DNA from: Candidatus Brocadiia bacterium
GTDB taxonomy: Bacteria > Planctomycetota > MHYJ01 > JACQXL01 > JACQZI01
Direction: 5' to 3'
DNA: 41,587 nt
NCBI GenBank assembly: GCA_020051675.1
Contig: JAGVQN010000023.1
Span: 1 to 41,587, forward strand
Shown here: positions 1 through 9,367 of the stretch, piece by piece
Numbering within the stretch: the first letter of the stretch is position 1
Layout: each line of letters opens with the position of its first letter
Position numbers and translations under genes: made by a program
Notes under the pieces: model-generated
Seen by the model: only the letters and a program-made list of their open reading frames with translations
Told to the model about the DNA's origin: nothing
Databases searched by the model: none

Positions 1-3000
1 CGGATACGTGTTTATCTGGTAACTACCGTTGTGCGCCAGATAGACGTCTGTGCCCGCCGCTACCGGATTGTTCACCACCAGCTTACCGCGAATCTTGAAA
101 GGCAACGTTTCCCCTTCCGTTGCCAATGCCGCAGCTACTCCTATTTGCTTCACCCGCACCTTGACATCATCACGAATTAGATTCGGTATATTTATCCAGG
201 TATAAGTCCCCTGATTCCCCACGGTCTTAGCCGGTGTCGATGAAGTTATTTCTTTCCATTCCCCTATCCCTGAATTATCCCAATAATCCAACTGCACAGT
301 TGTTACATCGCCTGTTACCGTCCAAGTTATTGCCTCACTATTTCCTACCTTAAAGATACTATTACTGTCAGGATAATTCACCTGAATATTCCCTTTCACC
401 TTAATATCATAATCGCATTCATCATATACAGCCAGGTCGTTAACCATCCGAACCCTAACACGGAAAGTGGTGGTAATCGCATCAGGAACGGTTACATTCA
501 TTGTATAAGCACCGTTACCTGTGCCGATAACACCCGCTTCATTTCCGGCAAATGTCGTCCACGAGCCATCTCCTTTTGTCCACTGCGGATAAACTAAAAC
601 CACTCCGCCGGTTGAACCGGTTGTCGTCCAGGTAATCGCCTTGGTTTCTCCGACTTTCCAGGTCAATAAATCAGAATTAGGCGAATCCATATGATATTTA
701 CCGCGGACTTTAAATAAACCGCCCTGTGATGTTACATCTGTAATATTTACATCTGTTTTATCCGTTACCTTAATCCGTGCGGTGCCTGTCGTGGTTATCG
801 TTGAAATATTATCGTCTACGGTCCATCCGTTAAATTGCCATGTCGTTAATCCGCCAACAGCCTGATTATCATACGTCCTGTCCGGCGTCCCATCATCATT
901 ATAATCTATCTCAATCTTTACAGTGGTAACCGAGGTGGATTTTGTGCCGGTAATTACAGCCGTTGGCGAAGTGTCCCCTACGGCAAAGGTCTGACCTCCT
1001 GTCGGATACCCTAATGTTACACTTCCCTTTATAATAAAAGCGGTATTATTAGTATCGGAGATACCCTGCCAGCCATCCTGATTGGCAATCTGAATAAAAC
1101 ATTGTGATGACACGCGGTCCGGAACAGTCCAGACATAAGAATTATTTGTTCCGCTGATATTGGAAACATCTGTAGTAAAGCCTACTCCTGAATTATCCAT
1201 CTTATACCAGGTAACACCGTTATCCGTGCTAAAGGCAAGTTTAACCTTGTTAAAAGGCCCTGTTCCGCCCCATGCTTTCCAGGTAATCGTGGTTGTTACC
1301 GGAGTGCTCGGAGGAGGAAGATATTGCACTGCCGTCCCGCCTGTTGGAACCTGCACCTCCAGTTTTCCCCTAATCTGAAACACCCCTGAATCCGCATTAA
1401 CCAATGTCTCATCAACATCATTAGCCACCCTGACCACCACATTCTGCGCAATATTATCCGGTATTTTCCACGGGATAGATACGTTTTTGGCATTGGCAGA
1501 CCCGACATCAAAATTACTGGTAATTGTATTAGTAGTGACAAAATTATCTGTCGTATAAAAGACCTTGATTTTGGTAAGATTAGCGCCGGTTACCGTGCAG
1601 TTAATAAAAATATCATCATCAACCGTATACGGACTGCTGCCCGTAAGCGCTACATTACCAATCTCCCCCCTGATTTTAAAGGAAGCGTCGGAAAGGTCAA
1701 CTGTATCTCTTAACGGATCAGGAGGCAACGCGTCAGCTGCATTCACGATGCGCACCTTAATATTAGGAGCCGCGCCTGATAATTTCGCGTCAAGCGGAAT
1801 AGGCCAGGAATATGTCTGCGCACCATCCGTCCTGACATTGTTCACCAGAATATCATTGATATCGGAACCGAACTCGTCCGTGGAATACTTGATAGTGACG
1901 TTAAAATCGCCGACCTGTTCCCACTGGATATTTTCCGAAGTCCCTATCTTCCAAACCTCGGATGACAGATTCGGCCTGGTGACTATTACCTTTCCGCGTA
2001 TCTTGAAACTATTCGCGGAAAAACCGTTGATATTTATATCCGCCGTATTGGTCGCGGAAATGCGGACATTGGCGGAAACCGCGTCATTAGGCACGGGCCA
2101 ATAATATACATATGTCCCGGAAGAACCGCAGGGAGTAGTCACGATGGAATTCCACGGACCAGCCAAACCGTTAACGGAATAATATAATGTAACCTGCGAC
2201 ATTGGCCCGTTAACCGTCCAGGTAATCGGGAATTTCTCGGTTTGTTGCGCCGCATCCCATACCGTGAATACTTCATTTCCCGTATCAGGAGAAACCATGG
2301 TGATACCGCCTTTAATCTTAAACGGATTGGCTGAAATTGAATAGACATCATTCTTGAAATCCAGGCTGGCGTCTTCAACACGAATCTTTACCCGGTCGTT
2401 CGGGTCAGGAGTCAAATCCGAAGGAATCTGCCAGCTGACGCCGGTATTCGGATCAGATACGGTCGAATAGTTATTCCCATAAGGATTACCGGCAAACGCA
2501 ACCGTGGTTTCATATGTCCCGTTCTTATCCGTATCCTTTAGATAATAGAGGTTTACCGAGGTGATTACGCCCGTGGTCGTCCAGGTAATCGGCGTATTAT
2601 TACTAATCAGGTATTCTTCCCCGGAGAATTGTCCCGGATGGGTATTTGCCAGGTCTAACCTGCCGCGAATAATAAAGTTTGGAGGAGCCTCGGTTTCCGT
2701 TGATACCTCCGGGTCGTTAAAATCAGTAACCTTGATACGCGCCGTTAAAGTGGGAGTAATCAGGCGCGATATTGTCCAATCAATCCCGTCCACATCGCCG
2801 CTGACCGCTTTATTCGGGTTAATAGTAAAGGTCGCCGTAACTCCGCCATATGTGCCGATACACTCTATCTTTACATTAGTAATATTACCGGCCCTAGTCC
2901 AGGTAATCGGGCCGCTGGCATTGACATATCTGGGCTCGTTCACGGTGGGGTTATTTGCCACCAGTTTACCGCACAGCTTAAAATACTTGGAGGCATCGAT

Positions 3001-6000
3001 AATAGTTTCAGAATACGGCTGGGTTCCGCCTTCATCCGCCCTCAATGTCCTTAAACGCATCTTGACATCATAATTAGCGCCTAAAGTAGAGGTGGACGGA
3101 ATATTCCAGGCATACTGCGTGCCGGTAATAGGCTTGGCTATAAGTGTTTCCCCACCTGTAAAATCACTCCTGTCCCATTCAAAGACCAACGGATTGGTAT
3201 CACCTGTCGGTCCGGTATTGGTCCAGTCAAGAATCTTCTGGGTTCCCACCACCCACTTCAAGCTACTCCATATAGCCGTGCCGGTATCAATCGTTAATTT
3301 ACACCTAACGACAAATCCGCCTGAAACATTGACCACGGTCGGTTCGCCTGTTTCAAATATCTTAATCTTCCCTCCGGGCGCAATATCCGCTGCCGCAGGA
3401 GTCCATGGTTCTATTCCGTCATTACCGGTTCCGGTTGCGACATTGTATTCATCACCGTTAAAAAGGCCTGATTTTGAATATTGAATCGTGACAGCCCCGA
3501 CGCCGCCGGTTGAAGACCATTCAATATCATAAGAAGTTCCGACATACCATTTGGTTGTAGCGCTTGGAGTCAAGACCGAAATCGTTTTAGCCGCCAGGCT
3601 GGTTATGCTGAAATAATAATCAGAATCGTCCGTCACCCCGGTATCGCCATCTTTAGTCACCCTGATTTTACAATAATTCGAAGGAGAGTTCGGGACATAC
3701 CATGAAAGAGCCGTGCCGATTGGCTGAGCTGTGCTGATTGCATTCCAGGTCGGGATAGCTTCATTGGCATTAATCGTATATGAAATAACAACGTTTGCCC
3801 CGCCAATATTACCAATCGCCGTCCAGGTAATATTGTGCGTAGTCCCAACTGTCCAGGGCGGCGGGTCACTGCCTAATCCGTCTCCGTTAGGCTCTGATAC
3901 GACGATTTTAGCGTCCGCGCATCTTACCTGATCCAGCTGGCAGGTATCCAACCCGCTGGAAAAAAGGAACGCCTTGAAATAAAAAGTCCCTGAACCGAAT
4001 TGCGTATAAAACTGGCTGATATTCGTGTCAACTTCATTCTTTGTATTAGTCTCGGCTGGGTAACCGGCGCCTGTCTGCAATGTCCATTGTGTCCCGTTAT
4101 GATAATACCAGTTGGTGCTACTGGCGGCAATCTGGTATTCCACGCCGCTATTGGTAGTGGTAATAACCGTATCGGAAAATCCGGCCAATCCGCTATATGG
4201 GCCCCATCCGGTGATATTAGCCACGGTCGGCGCGTCATAAGGATAATAATTGCCTGTAACCGTAACCGTCTCCATGGCCGGTGAATATCTCGGTGCACCT
4301 GTATTAAAAATAGCCTTATATTGGAAATACTTACCTGCCTCAGTCGTGTAATCGGCGAAACCGGATACGGCATAATTACATTTAGTAATCGTCTCGGTCA
4401 GAGCGGTACTATCATCATAATAAGTATTCTTAGTTCCATCCGGTCCGACAAAATCCGCACCTATTCCAATTACATCAGGCTTGTCAAAATTACCGTTATT
4501 ATCTGAAGACCGCACCTGGAATCTCAGCCCGAGTTGTCCGTGTTTATAATGCGCTTTTACTTCCGTCTCTGAGATGGCAATGTTATGGAGTGCCGCCTCA
4601 TCAATCTGTCCCTTAAATCCCCAGAGATATTCCTCATCTGAACCAACCCAGAGGTCGTTAGAGGTGTTATAGTTTACATCGCCGGCGGTGCCAATCGGAC
4701 TTCCCGCCACCCCATCTACGTAAACAATACACTGACTGCCATTATAAACCCCGACAACATGATGCCATTTGTCATCTGTCACCGAAGCCGGACCCCAGGC
4801 CGGTGGGTCAGGAATCGATACCCCGTCCGTGGAAACCCAAAAATATGGCCGATAATCCTGGGTCGTTGAATTATAAGCAATACCCAGATTAAATTCTAAC
4901 GCGGGATTAACACCTCGGGCAACAATGGTCTGTTGCACCAGCGACCCTGTTTTAACCCAAGCCTCTACGGTTAACTTATCCGTCCAGACCGTATCTGGCT
5001 TATCAGGCACGACGGCATAATCATCCACCCCGTCAAATTTACCGGCATAACCGCCGAATTTATAGTTGCCCGGACTACTATCAAAACCAGCCCCGTTTTG
5101 AGGTTGAAGCGTCATGCCGGACCCCGAAGAATCGTTCCAATTATTATTCATATACCAGAGACCCACGAGCCCGGTTGCCTGTTTCAACTCATCGCCGTAA
5201 AACTCATCTTCACCCCAGGCGAGTGTTTCCCATTTAACCGTCGGGGTGCCCGCCACCGAAATAACCGGCGAGATATAATCACCCTGACTGCGATAGCCAA
5301 TCGGTGTATTCTTATAAATAGCGACATCGTCCAGCCGTCCCTTAAAGCTCTTGCCTATAATCACCGGTTCGGTAGATGGTTTGACAACAAATGACCTCAG
5401 AGTTGAATTCTCTTTGTTACCATTAACCGCTATCTCCATCGTGTTACCGTCAAATCCAGCCACAATATGATACCATGTTCCGGCCGTCCAAGTAACCGTC
5501 TGTGAGGAGATACTATAATAAGGGGTCGTTCCGTAGCGGAAGATATCGCAGTCGTCCAATACCAGCCCTGCTTCATCCGCCTCGTAACCGCAACCGATAT
5601 AAAGTCCGTCCGCATCGCTCGTCATTGCCCAGGCCATCGCATAGTTATCGTTAAATGCCTTGCCTAAAGAGCCCAGACTGGCAGTGCTGCCATCATAGAC
5701 CTTGGTCCAGGACGAACCATCAAAAGACCAAAGATTGGCATATGCGTAACTGCCGGTTCGGGGACGACCGGAAGAGGAATAGAGTTTGTTATTAAAGACC
5801 TCTAAATCATAGACATAGTAATCGCCGGCCGTGGTCAGGTTTTTAGAGATAGTCCAGTTTGTCCCGTTAGAACTCGCCCAGATATCGGCCTGCCCTGTTC
5901 CGGCACCGCCCGTGCCGGCATAAAGTTTAGTGCCATAGGCACAGAGTGAATAGGCATAATAATAAATCGGGGCAGCACCCGTGAAATCTGTGCCTACGGC

Positions 6001-8700
6001 TGTTCCACCTGCCGCGAGTGACCACCCCACCCCGGCTTCATAACAAAATATATCGGCATCACCAAGACTCGCGCCGGTTCCACAATATAATTTGTCATTA
6101 AATACGGCCATTGAATTGACATATTCATAAATAGCCGCACCGGTGTTGCCAATATCGTTGGCGGTGAGTCTGGTTCCCCGAACATAGGACCAGTTACCGA
6201 GAACCGTATAGTCACCGTTTAATTCCACCACATCCGCATCACCGGCGGTCGCCCCGAGCCCGATATATAGTCTCCCGTCATAGACACACATAGACTGGAT
6301 ATACTCATAAACAGCGCCATCCGCATCGTTTTTGACCCCATCCGCAAAATCACCGATGTCATTGGTGGTCGTTGCTGTCCCCATTGCGTAATCCCAATTA
6401 GTCCCGTCATAAACCAGGACATCCGCATCGCCGGCCGTTAGCCCCATCCCGACATATAACTTATCATTATAGACGGCCATACATCTGACATATTCATAAA
6501 CAGACCTGACCGTTGGTTTGGCGGGTGCCCCGGCCGTCGTGCCGCCGGTCTTGGAGTAAAAAGCCGTATCCTCTTTCCAGGAAACGCCGTCATAGACAAA
6601 GATGGCGGCATCACCGGCCCCGATACCCGTCCCGGCATAGACCTTATCCTTATAAACCGCCATCGCGGTAACGGACTCCCAGCCGTTGGTAGCTCCACCC
6701 GGAGTGAGGTCGTCAAATGCCTTATCATAGGACCAGGAAGGAGCCGGTGGCGAGTTGTTATAAAGGATGAAATCTAATTTACCGTTTGCCGCATTAAACC
6801 GCAGTTCATAACCCTTCTTTTTCTGGACCACAGACATATGGGCGGGCGCGCCCGCCTGAAAGGTATCAGTAAACCTGACCCAGGACTCTATCCCTAACGA
6901 ATATTTCAGGAGTGTATCTGTGGTATGGGTTACATTGATATAATCATCTACGCCGTCTAAGGCTACGGCGCCTGAGAACTGACCGCCGCCCGGAATAATC
7001 GTCGCACCATTCTTCAGATTGCCCCAATCTGCCTTTGTGCCGGCCGAGGGCGTGCCTGAAGCCGCATCAGTAACCGTAATCCCACCGGTGGCGCTATCCA
7101 ATGGCCATAAGGCAACGATATTATCTGCGGATACATTACGAGCTTCACTGGCATTATAAGTCGGCAGTAGCCGGACAAAATCCGTATTCCAAATAGTCTG
7201 ATTAAACACACCTGTTGCCTCGAATTCTGATTGAGCATCATCCTTATTATCCGCCGCCGAACCATTGACCGTTACATCATATAATTTGGGAGAGAAGGCA
7301 TTAGAGCCGGTTTGCAGGTAGACCCGATACTGAAGGTATCTATTCGCATCCGGTATCTCGCCTCCAAAGGTAACGGTGCCCGGCAGGGCAACCGAGGTGT
7401 AATATGAATTAGATGTCCCATCCGACCCGACAAAAGGTATGGCTCCTTCATCCGGCGGTGTGGAAGTAGCAAATGAGCGTGCCTGGAACCTGAGATCTGT
7501 CCCGTATTGATAATGAGCGCTCATCTCCTCGCTACTGAGCACCCGTCCATATATCGCGACTTCATCCATCTGTCCCTGAAAATTAGTGGTCAGAGTCGTG
7601 CTGACCGGTAGAGCCATATAAAGGAGATAGGCATTGGTCATATTCCAACTATTATCAGAACTTCCCTGTGTCGTCCTGTCGCCGGCCTGTCCATCCACAT
7701 AAATCGCCACATCTGAAGTATCCCTGAAGGCAATGATATGGTGCCATTTGCCGTCATTAACAGCCTGGTTAGAGACCGCATCGGTATAAACGGTTTCCAA
7801 GCCATCCGGACCGGTCCAGGGGGCAATCAGGCGGAAATATGCCTTACCAAATCCATTTATACCCAATTCCCAGCCATAATAATCGGTCGCGTCATCACGG
7901 CCTTTTTGAATAATCGTTCTGTCAATAATCCCGACGGCTGGTTTTAGCCAGCATTCTACGGTAAAATTGCCTGTGCCGAAATCAAGGTCGTTACTATCAT
8001 TTACTGAAACATAATCAGCCGCGGCGCCCGGGAAATTGCCGCCATTATTAAACTTCTGGGCGGTATTATTACTGGCCGCACCGGAAGGAGTTCCGGTATC
8101 AGTAGAGGCATCAACCGTAGAGTTATCAACCCAATCACCATTCATATGCCAGATTGCCTTGAGGTCTGATGTAGTATTGGCAATTTCAGCCCGGCCATCG
8201 TTCCAGGTAAGTCCGGTCCAGTTTGGTGTGCCGGTGCCATCAAAGACGCGTGAGGTAAAAGTCCCGGTCGTGGTCGTAAAACCGCCGTTAGGCAAACGAA
8301 CTAAACGAAGATAATCAGGGTCGGCATAAGCGAGGGTATTACTAAAGGCGTAACCGGTCTGGGTAAAACCACGAGGGGCAGAATTATCGTATTTATCGTG
8401 TGTGGTCGTGGCGGTTTGCTGCTTGAGCCGTGCCACGCCGCCGACAAATTCTATCTTAGCCGAATCAAAGGTGTAATCTTCCGGAGGAACGGTTCCCGGC
8501 GCGGCCAGGTCCCAGGTTTGGGAAGCCGCGTAGATAAGAAGAACCGAAACAACGATAATCGTAACAGAAAGAAGAAGCGGACGCAGGATACGGCCCAGGC
8601 GGCCGCGCGGTGTAGAGTGTGGAGCGTTAAGAGTAGAGTGCTCACACCACTTCGTATCTTCCGTTGTTCCGTCTACTTGCTTGTCTTTATTATCGTTCAT
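1..8700 (-). CDS. Giant surface/adhesin-like protein, 3'-partial (at least 2900 aa): N-terminal hydrophobic segment, 3 LamG domains, 7-blade beta-propeller, at least 12 Ig-like repeats
   Basis: Manual translation from ATG at 8700 (GGAG upstream): MNDNKDKQ...RILRPLLLSVTIIVVSVLLIYAA... The same frame reads ...FKIRGKLVVNNPVAAGTDVYLAHNGSYQINTYP at position 1. No ORF-track fragment is in this frame, consistent with no stop. LamG motifs: DFGTGNFTVECWLK, FDGVDDY, WHHVVGVY, FKGQIDE. Confidence 0.9.
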   Translation of the reverse strand, partial: MNDNKDKQVDGTTEDTKWCEHSTLNAPHSTPRGRLGRILRPLLLSVTIIVVSVLLIYAASQTWDLAAPGTVPPEDYTFDSAKIEFVGGVARLKQQTATTTHDKYDNSAPRGFTQTGYAFSNTLAYADPDYLRLVRLPNGGFTTTTGTFTSRVFDGTGTPNWTGLTWNDGRAEIANTTSDLKAIWHMNGDWVDNSTVDASTDTGTPSGAASNNTAQKFNNGGNFPGAAADYVSVNDSNDLDFGTGNFTVECWLKPAVGIIDRTIIQKGRDDATDYYGWELGINGFGKAYFRLIAPWTGPDGLETVYTDAVSNQAVNDGKWHHIIAFRDTSDVAIYVDGQAGDRTTQGSSDNSWNMTNAYLLYMALPVSTTLTTNFQGQMDEVAIYGRVLSSEEMSAHYQYGTDLRFQARSFATSTPPDEGAIPFVGSDGTSNSYYTSVALPGTVTFGGEIPDANRYLQYRVYLQTGSNAFSPKLYDVTVNGSAADNKDDAQSEFEATGVFNQTIWNTDFVRLLPTYNASEARNVSADNIVALWPLDSATGGITVTDAASGTPSAGTKADWGNLKNGATIIPGGGQFSGAVALDGVDDYINVTHTTDTLLKYSLGIESWVRFTDTFQAGAPAHMSVVQKKKGYELRFNAANGKLDFILYNNSPPAPSWSYDKAFDDLTPGGATNGWESVTAMAVYKDKVYAGTGIGAGDAAIFVYDGVSWKEDTAFYSKTGGTTAGAPAKPTVRSVYEYVRCMAVYNDKLYVGMGLTAGDADVLVYDGTNWDYAMGTATTTNDIGDFADGVKNDADGAVYEYIQSMCVYDGRLYIGLGATAGDADVVELNGDYTVLGNWSYVRGTRLTANDIGNTGAAIYEYVNSMAVFNDKLYCGTGASLGDADIFCYEAGVGWSLAAGGTAVGTDFTGAAPIYYYAYSLCAYGTKLYAGTGGAGTGQADIWASSNGTNWTISKNLTTAGDYYVYDLEVFNNKLYSSSGRPRTGSYAYANLWSFDGSSWTKVYDGSTASLGSLGKAFNDNYAMAWAMTSDADGLYIGCGYEADEAGLVLDDCDIFRYGTTPYYSISSQTVTWTAGTWYHIVAGFDGNTMEIAVNGNKENSTLRSFVVKPSTEPVIIGKSFKGRLDDVAIYKNTPIGYRSQGDYISPVISVAGTPTVKWETLAWGEDEFYGDELKQATGLVGLWYMNNNWNDSSGSGMTLQPQNGAGFDSSPGNYKFGGYAGKFDGVDDYAVVPDKPDTVWTDKLTVEAWVKTGSLVQQTIVARGVNPALEFNLGIAYNSTTQDYRPYFWVSTDGVSIPDPPAWGPASVTDDKWHHVVGVYNGSQCIVYVDGVAGSPIGTAGDVNYNTSNDLWVGSDEEYLWGFKGQIDEAALHNIAISETEVKAHYKHGQLGLRFQVRSSDNNGNFDKPDVIGIGADFVGPDGTKNTYYDDSTALTETITKCNYAVSGFADYTTEAGKYFQYKAIFNTGAPRYSPAMETVTVTGNYYPYDAPTVANITGWGPYSGLAGFSDTVITTTNSGVEYQIAASSTNWYYHNGTQWTLQTGAGYPAETNTKNEVDTNISQFYTQFGSGTFYFKAFLFSSGLDTCQLDQVRCADAKIVVSEPNGDGLGSDPPPWTVGTTHNITWTAIGNIGGANVVISYTINANEAIPTWNAISTAQPIGTALSWYVPNSPSNYCKIRVTKDGDTGVTDDSDYYFSITSLAAKTISVLTPSATTKWYVGTSYDIEWSSTGGVGAVTIQYSKSGLFNGDEYNVATGTGNDGIEPWTPAAADIAPGGKIKIFETGEPTVVNVSGGFVVRCKLTIDTGTAIWSSLKWVVGTQKILDWTNTGPTGDTNPLVFEWDRSDFTGGETLIAKPITGTQYAWNIPSTSTLGANYDVKMRLRTLRADEGGTQPYSETIIDASKYFKLCGKLVANNPTVNEPRYVNASGPITWTRAGNITNVKIECIGTYGGVTATFTINPNKAVSGDVDGIDWTISRLITPTLTARIKVTDFNDPEVSTETEAPPNFIIRGRLDLANTHPGQFSGEEYLISNNTPITWTTTGVITSVNLYYLKDTDKNGTYETTVAFAGNPYGNNYSTVSDPNTGVSWQIPSDLTPDPNDRVKIRVEDASLDFKNDVYSISANPFKIKGGITMVSPDTGNEVFTVWDAAQQTEKFPITWTVNGPMSQVTLYYSVNGLAGPWNSIVTTPCGSSGTYVYYWPVPNDAVSANVRISATNTADININGFSANSFKIRGKVIVTRPNLSSEVWKIGTSENIQWEQVGDFNVTIKYSTDEFGSDINDILVNNVRTDGAQTYSWPIPLDAKLSGAAPNIKVRIVNAADALPPDPLRDTVDLSDASFKIRGEIGNVALTGSSPYTVDDDIFINCTVTGANLTKIKVFYTTDNFVTTNTITSNFDVGSANAKNVSIPWKIPDNIAQNVVVRVANDVDETLVNADSGVFQIRGKLEVQVPTGGTAVQYLPPPSTPVTTTITWKAWGGTGPFNKVKLAFSTDNGVTWYKMDNSGVGFTTDVSNISGTNNSYVWTVPDRVSSQCFIQIANQDGWQGISDTNNTAFIIKGSVTLGYPTGGQTFAVGDTSPTAVITGTKSTSVTTVKIEIDYNDDGTPDRTYDNQAVGGLTTWQFNGWTVDDNISTITTTGTARIKVTDKTDVNITDVTSQGGLFKVRGKYHMDSPNSDLLTWKVGETKAITWTTTGSTGGVVLVYPQWTKGDGSWTTFAGNEAGVIGTGNGAYTMNVTVPDAITTTFRVRVRMVNDLAVYDECDYDIKVKGNIQVNYPDSNSIFKVGNSEAITWTVTGDVTTVQLDYWDNSGIGEWKEITSSTPAKTVGNQGTYTWINIPNLIRDDVKVRVKQIGVAAALATEGETLPFKIRGKLVVNNPVAAGTDVYLAHNGSYQINTYP

Positions 8701-8730
8701 TTCCAGTCTCCATCTGTGGAATCTGTGGCT

Positions 8731-8946
8731 TTACCCCGCGATAGCCAATACCTTTCTAAAATCCTTATCCAGATGCTCCAACATCTTCTGAATCGCATCA
8801 ACCTCTTCCTCCTTGAAATACCTCGCCCCGCAGGAGGGGCAACCGAATGCCGGGACGCCTTCCAGCGCCAGCTGGTATCCATGCCGGTTAATGGTATACC
8901 GGGATTTAATCTCCGCTATTTCATGGCCGCAATTTGAACATTTCAT
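8731..8946 (-). CDS. YgiT-type (MqsA-like) zinc-finger protein
   Basis: MKCSNC...LEGVPAFGCPSCGARYF: two CxxC pairs and the VPA-x-x-C motif; strong SD (AGGAGGTG) upstream. Confidence 0.85.
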   Translation of the reverse strand: MKCSNCGHEIAEIKSRYTINRHGYQLALEGVPAFGCPSCGARYFKEEEVDAIQKMLEHLDKDFRKVLAIAG

Positions 8947-9031
8947 AAATCACCTCCTCTTTTTTCGCCACGAAGGCACTAAGACACTAATTAATTCTTC
9001 GTGCCTTTGTGTCTTAGTGGCTAACTTATAT

Positions 9032-9048
9032 AGCAAATACCGTGCCAA
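9032..9048 (-). promoter_or_regulatory. Sigma54 (-24/-12) promoter for the zinc-finger and giant-protein genes
   Basis: Minus strand reads TTGGCACGGTATTTGCT, matching the TGGCAC-N5-TTGCW consensus, about 85 bp upstream of the 8946 start. Confidence 0.8.
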
Positions 9049-9181
9049 CTGCAGAGCAATCTGCCACAGAGACACAGAGAACACAGAGGAAACACCTGAA
9101 TATCATTTTAATCAACATTTAAGCCCATCAATCACTATTTATATCTATTAATCTGTGTTTAAATCCGTGTAATCTGTGTAA

Positions 9182-9202
9182 CCTGCCTCGCCGTCAGGTG
9201 GG
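9182..9202. repeat. 21-bp palindromic insertion element (intergenic copy)
   Basis: CCTGCCTCGCCGTCAGGTGGG; near-identical copies at 17044 and 36226. Confidence 0.75.
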
Positions 9203-9217
9203 TCTGTGGCTGGTTTT

Positions 9218-9283
9218 GTTACGATAGGGTAACATCCCATTACCAAAAGGTGCTTACCCCTTATTACGTTACATAACGGTAAC
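9218..9283. promoter_or_regulatory. Two GTTAC-N6-GTAAC palindromes, candidate upstream activator sites for a sigma54 enhancer-binding protein
   Basis: GTTACgataggGTAAC (9218-9233) and GTTACataacgGTAAC (9268-9283), 170-235 bp upstream of the sigma54 site. Confidence 0.55.
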
Positions 9284-9367
9284 ATTTCCGATAAATTACG
9301 GTAAAAGTCCGTATTTTTCCGTAACTCATTACTCCATGATTTATAAATAGTTATGTAAAGTTGCTAG

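Noticed and set aside
1160-8937. Many short ORFs in the track over 1-8.9 kb, including 8398-8937 (+)
   Set aside because: They are antisense or off-frame shadows of the giant minus-strand ORF and the zinc-finger gene, with no recognisable motifs.
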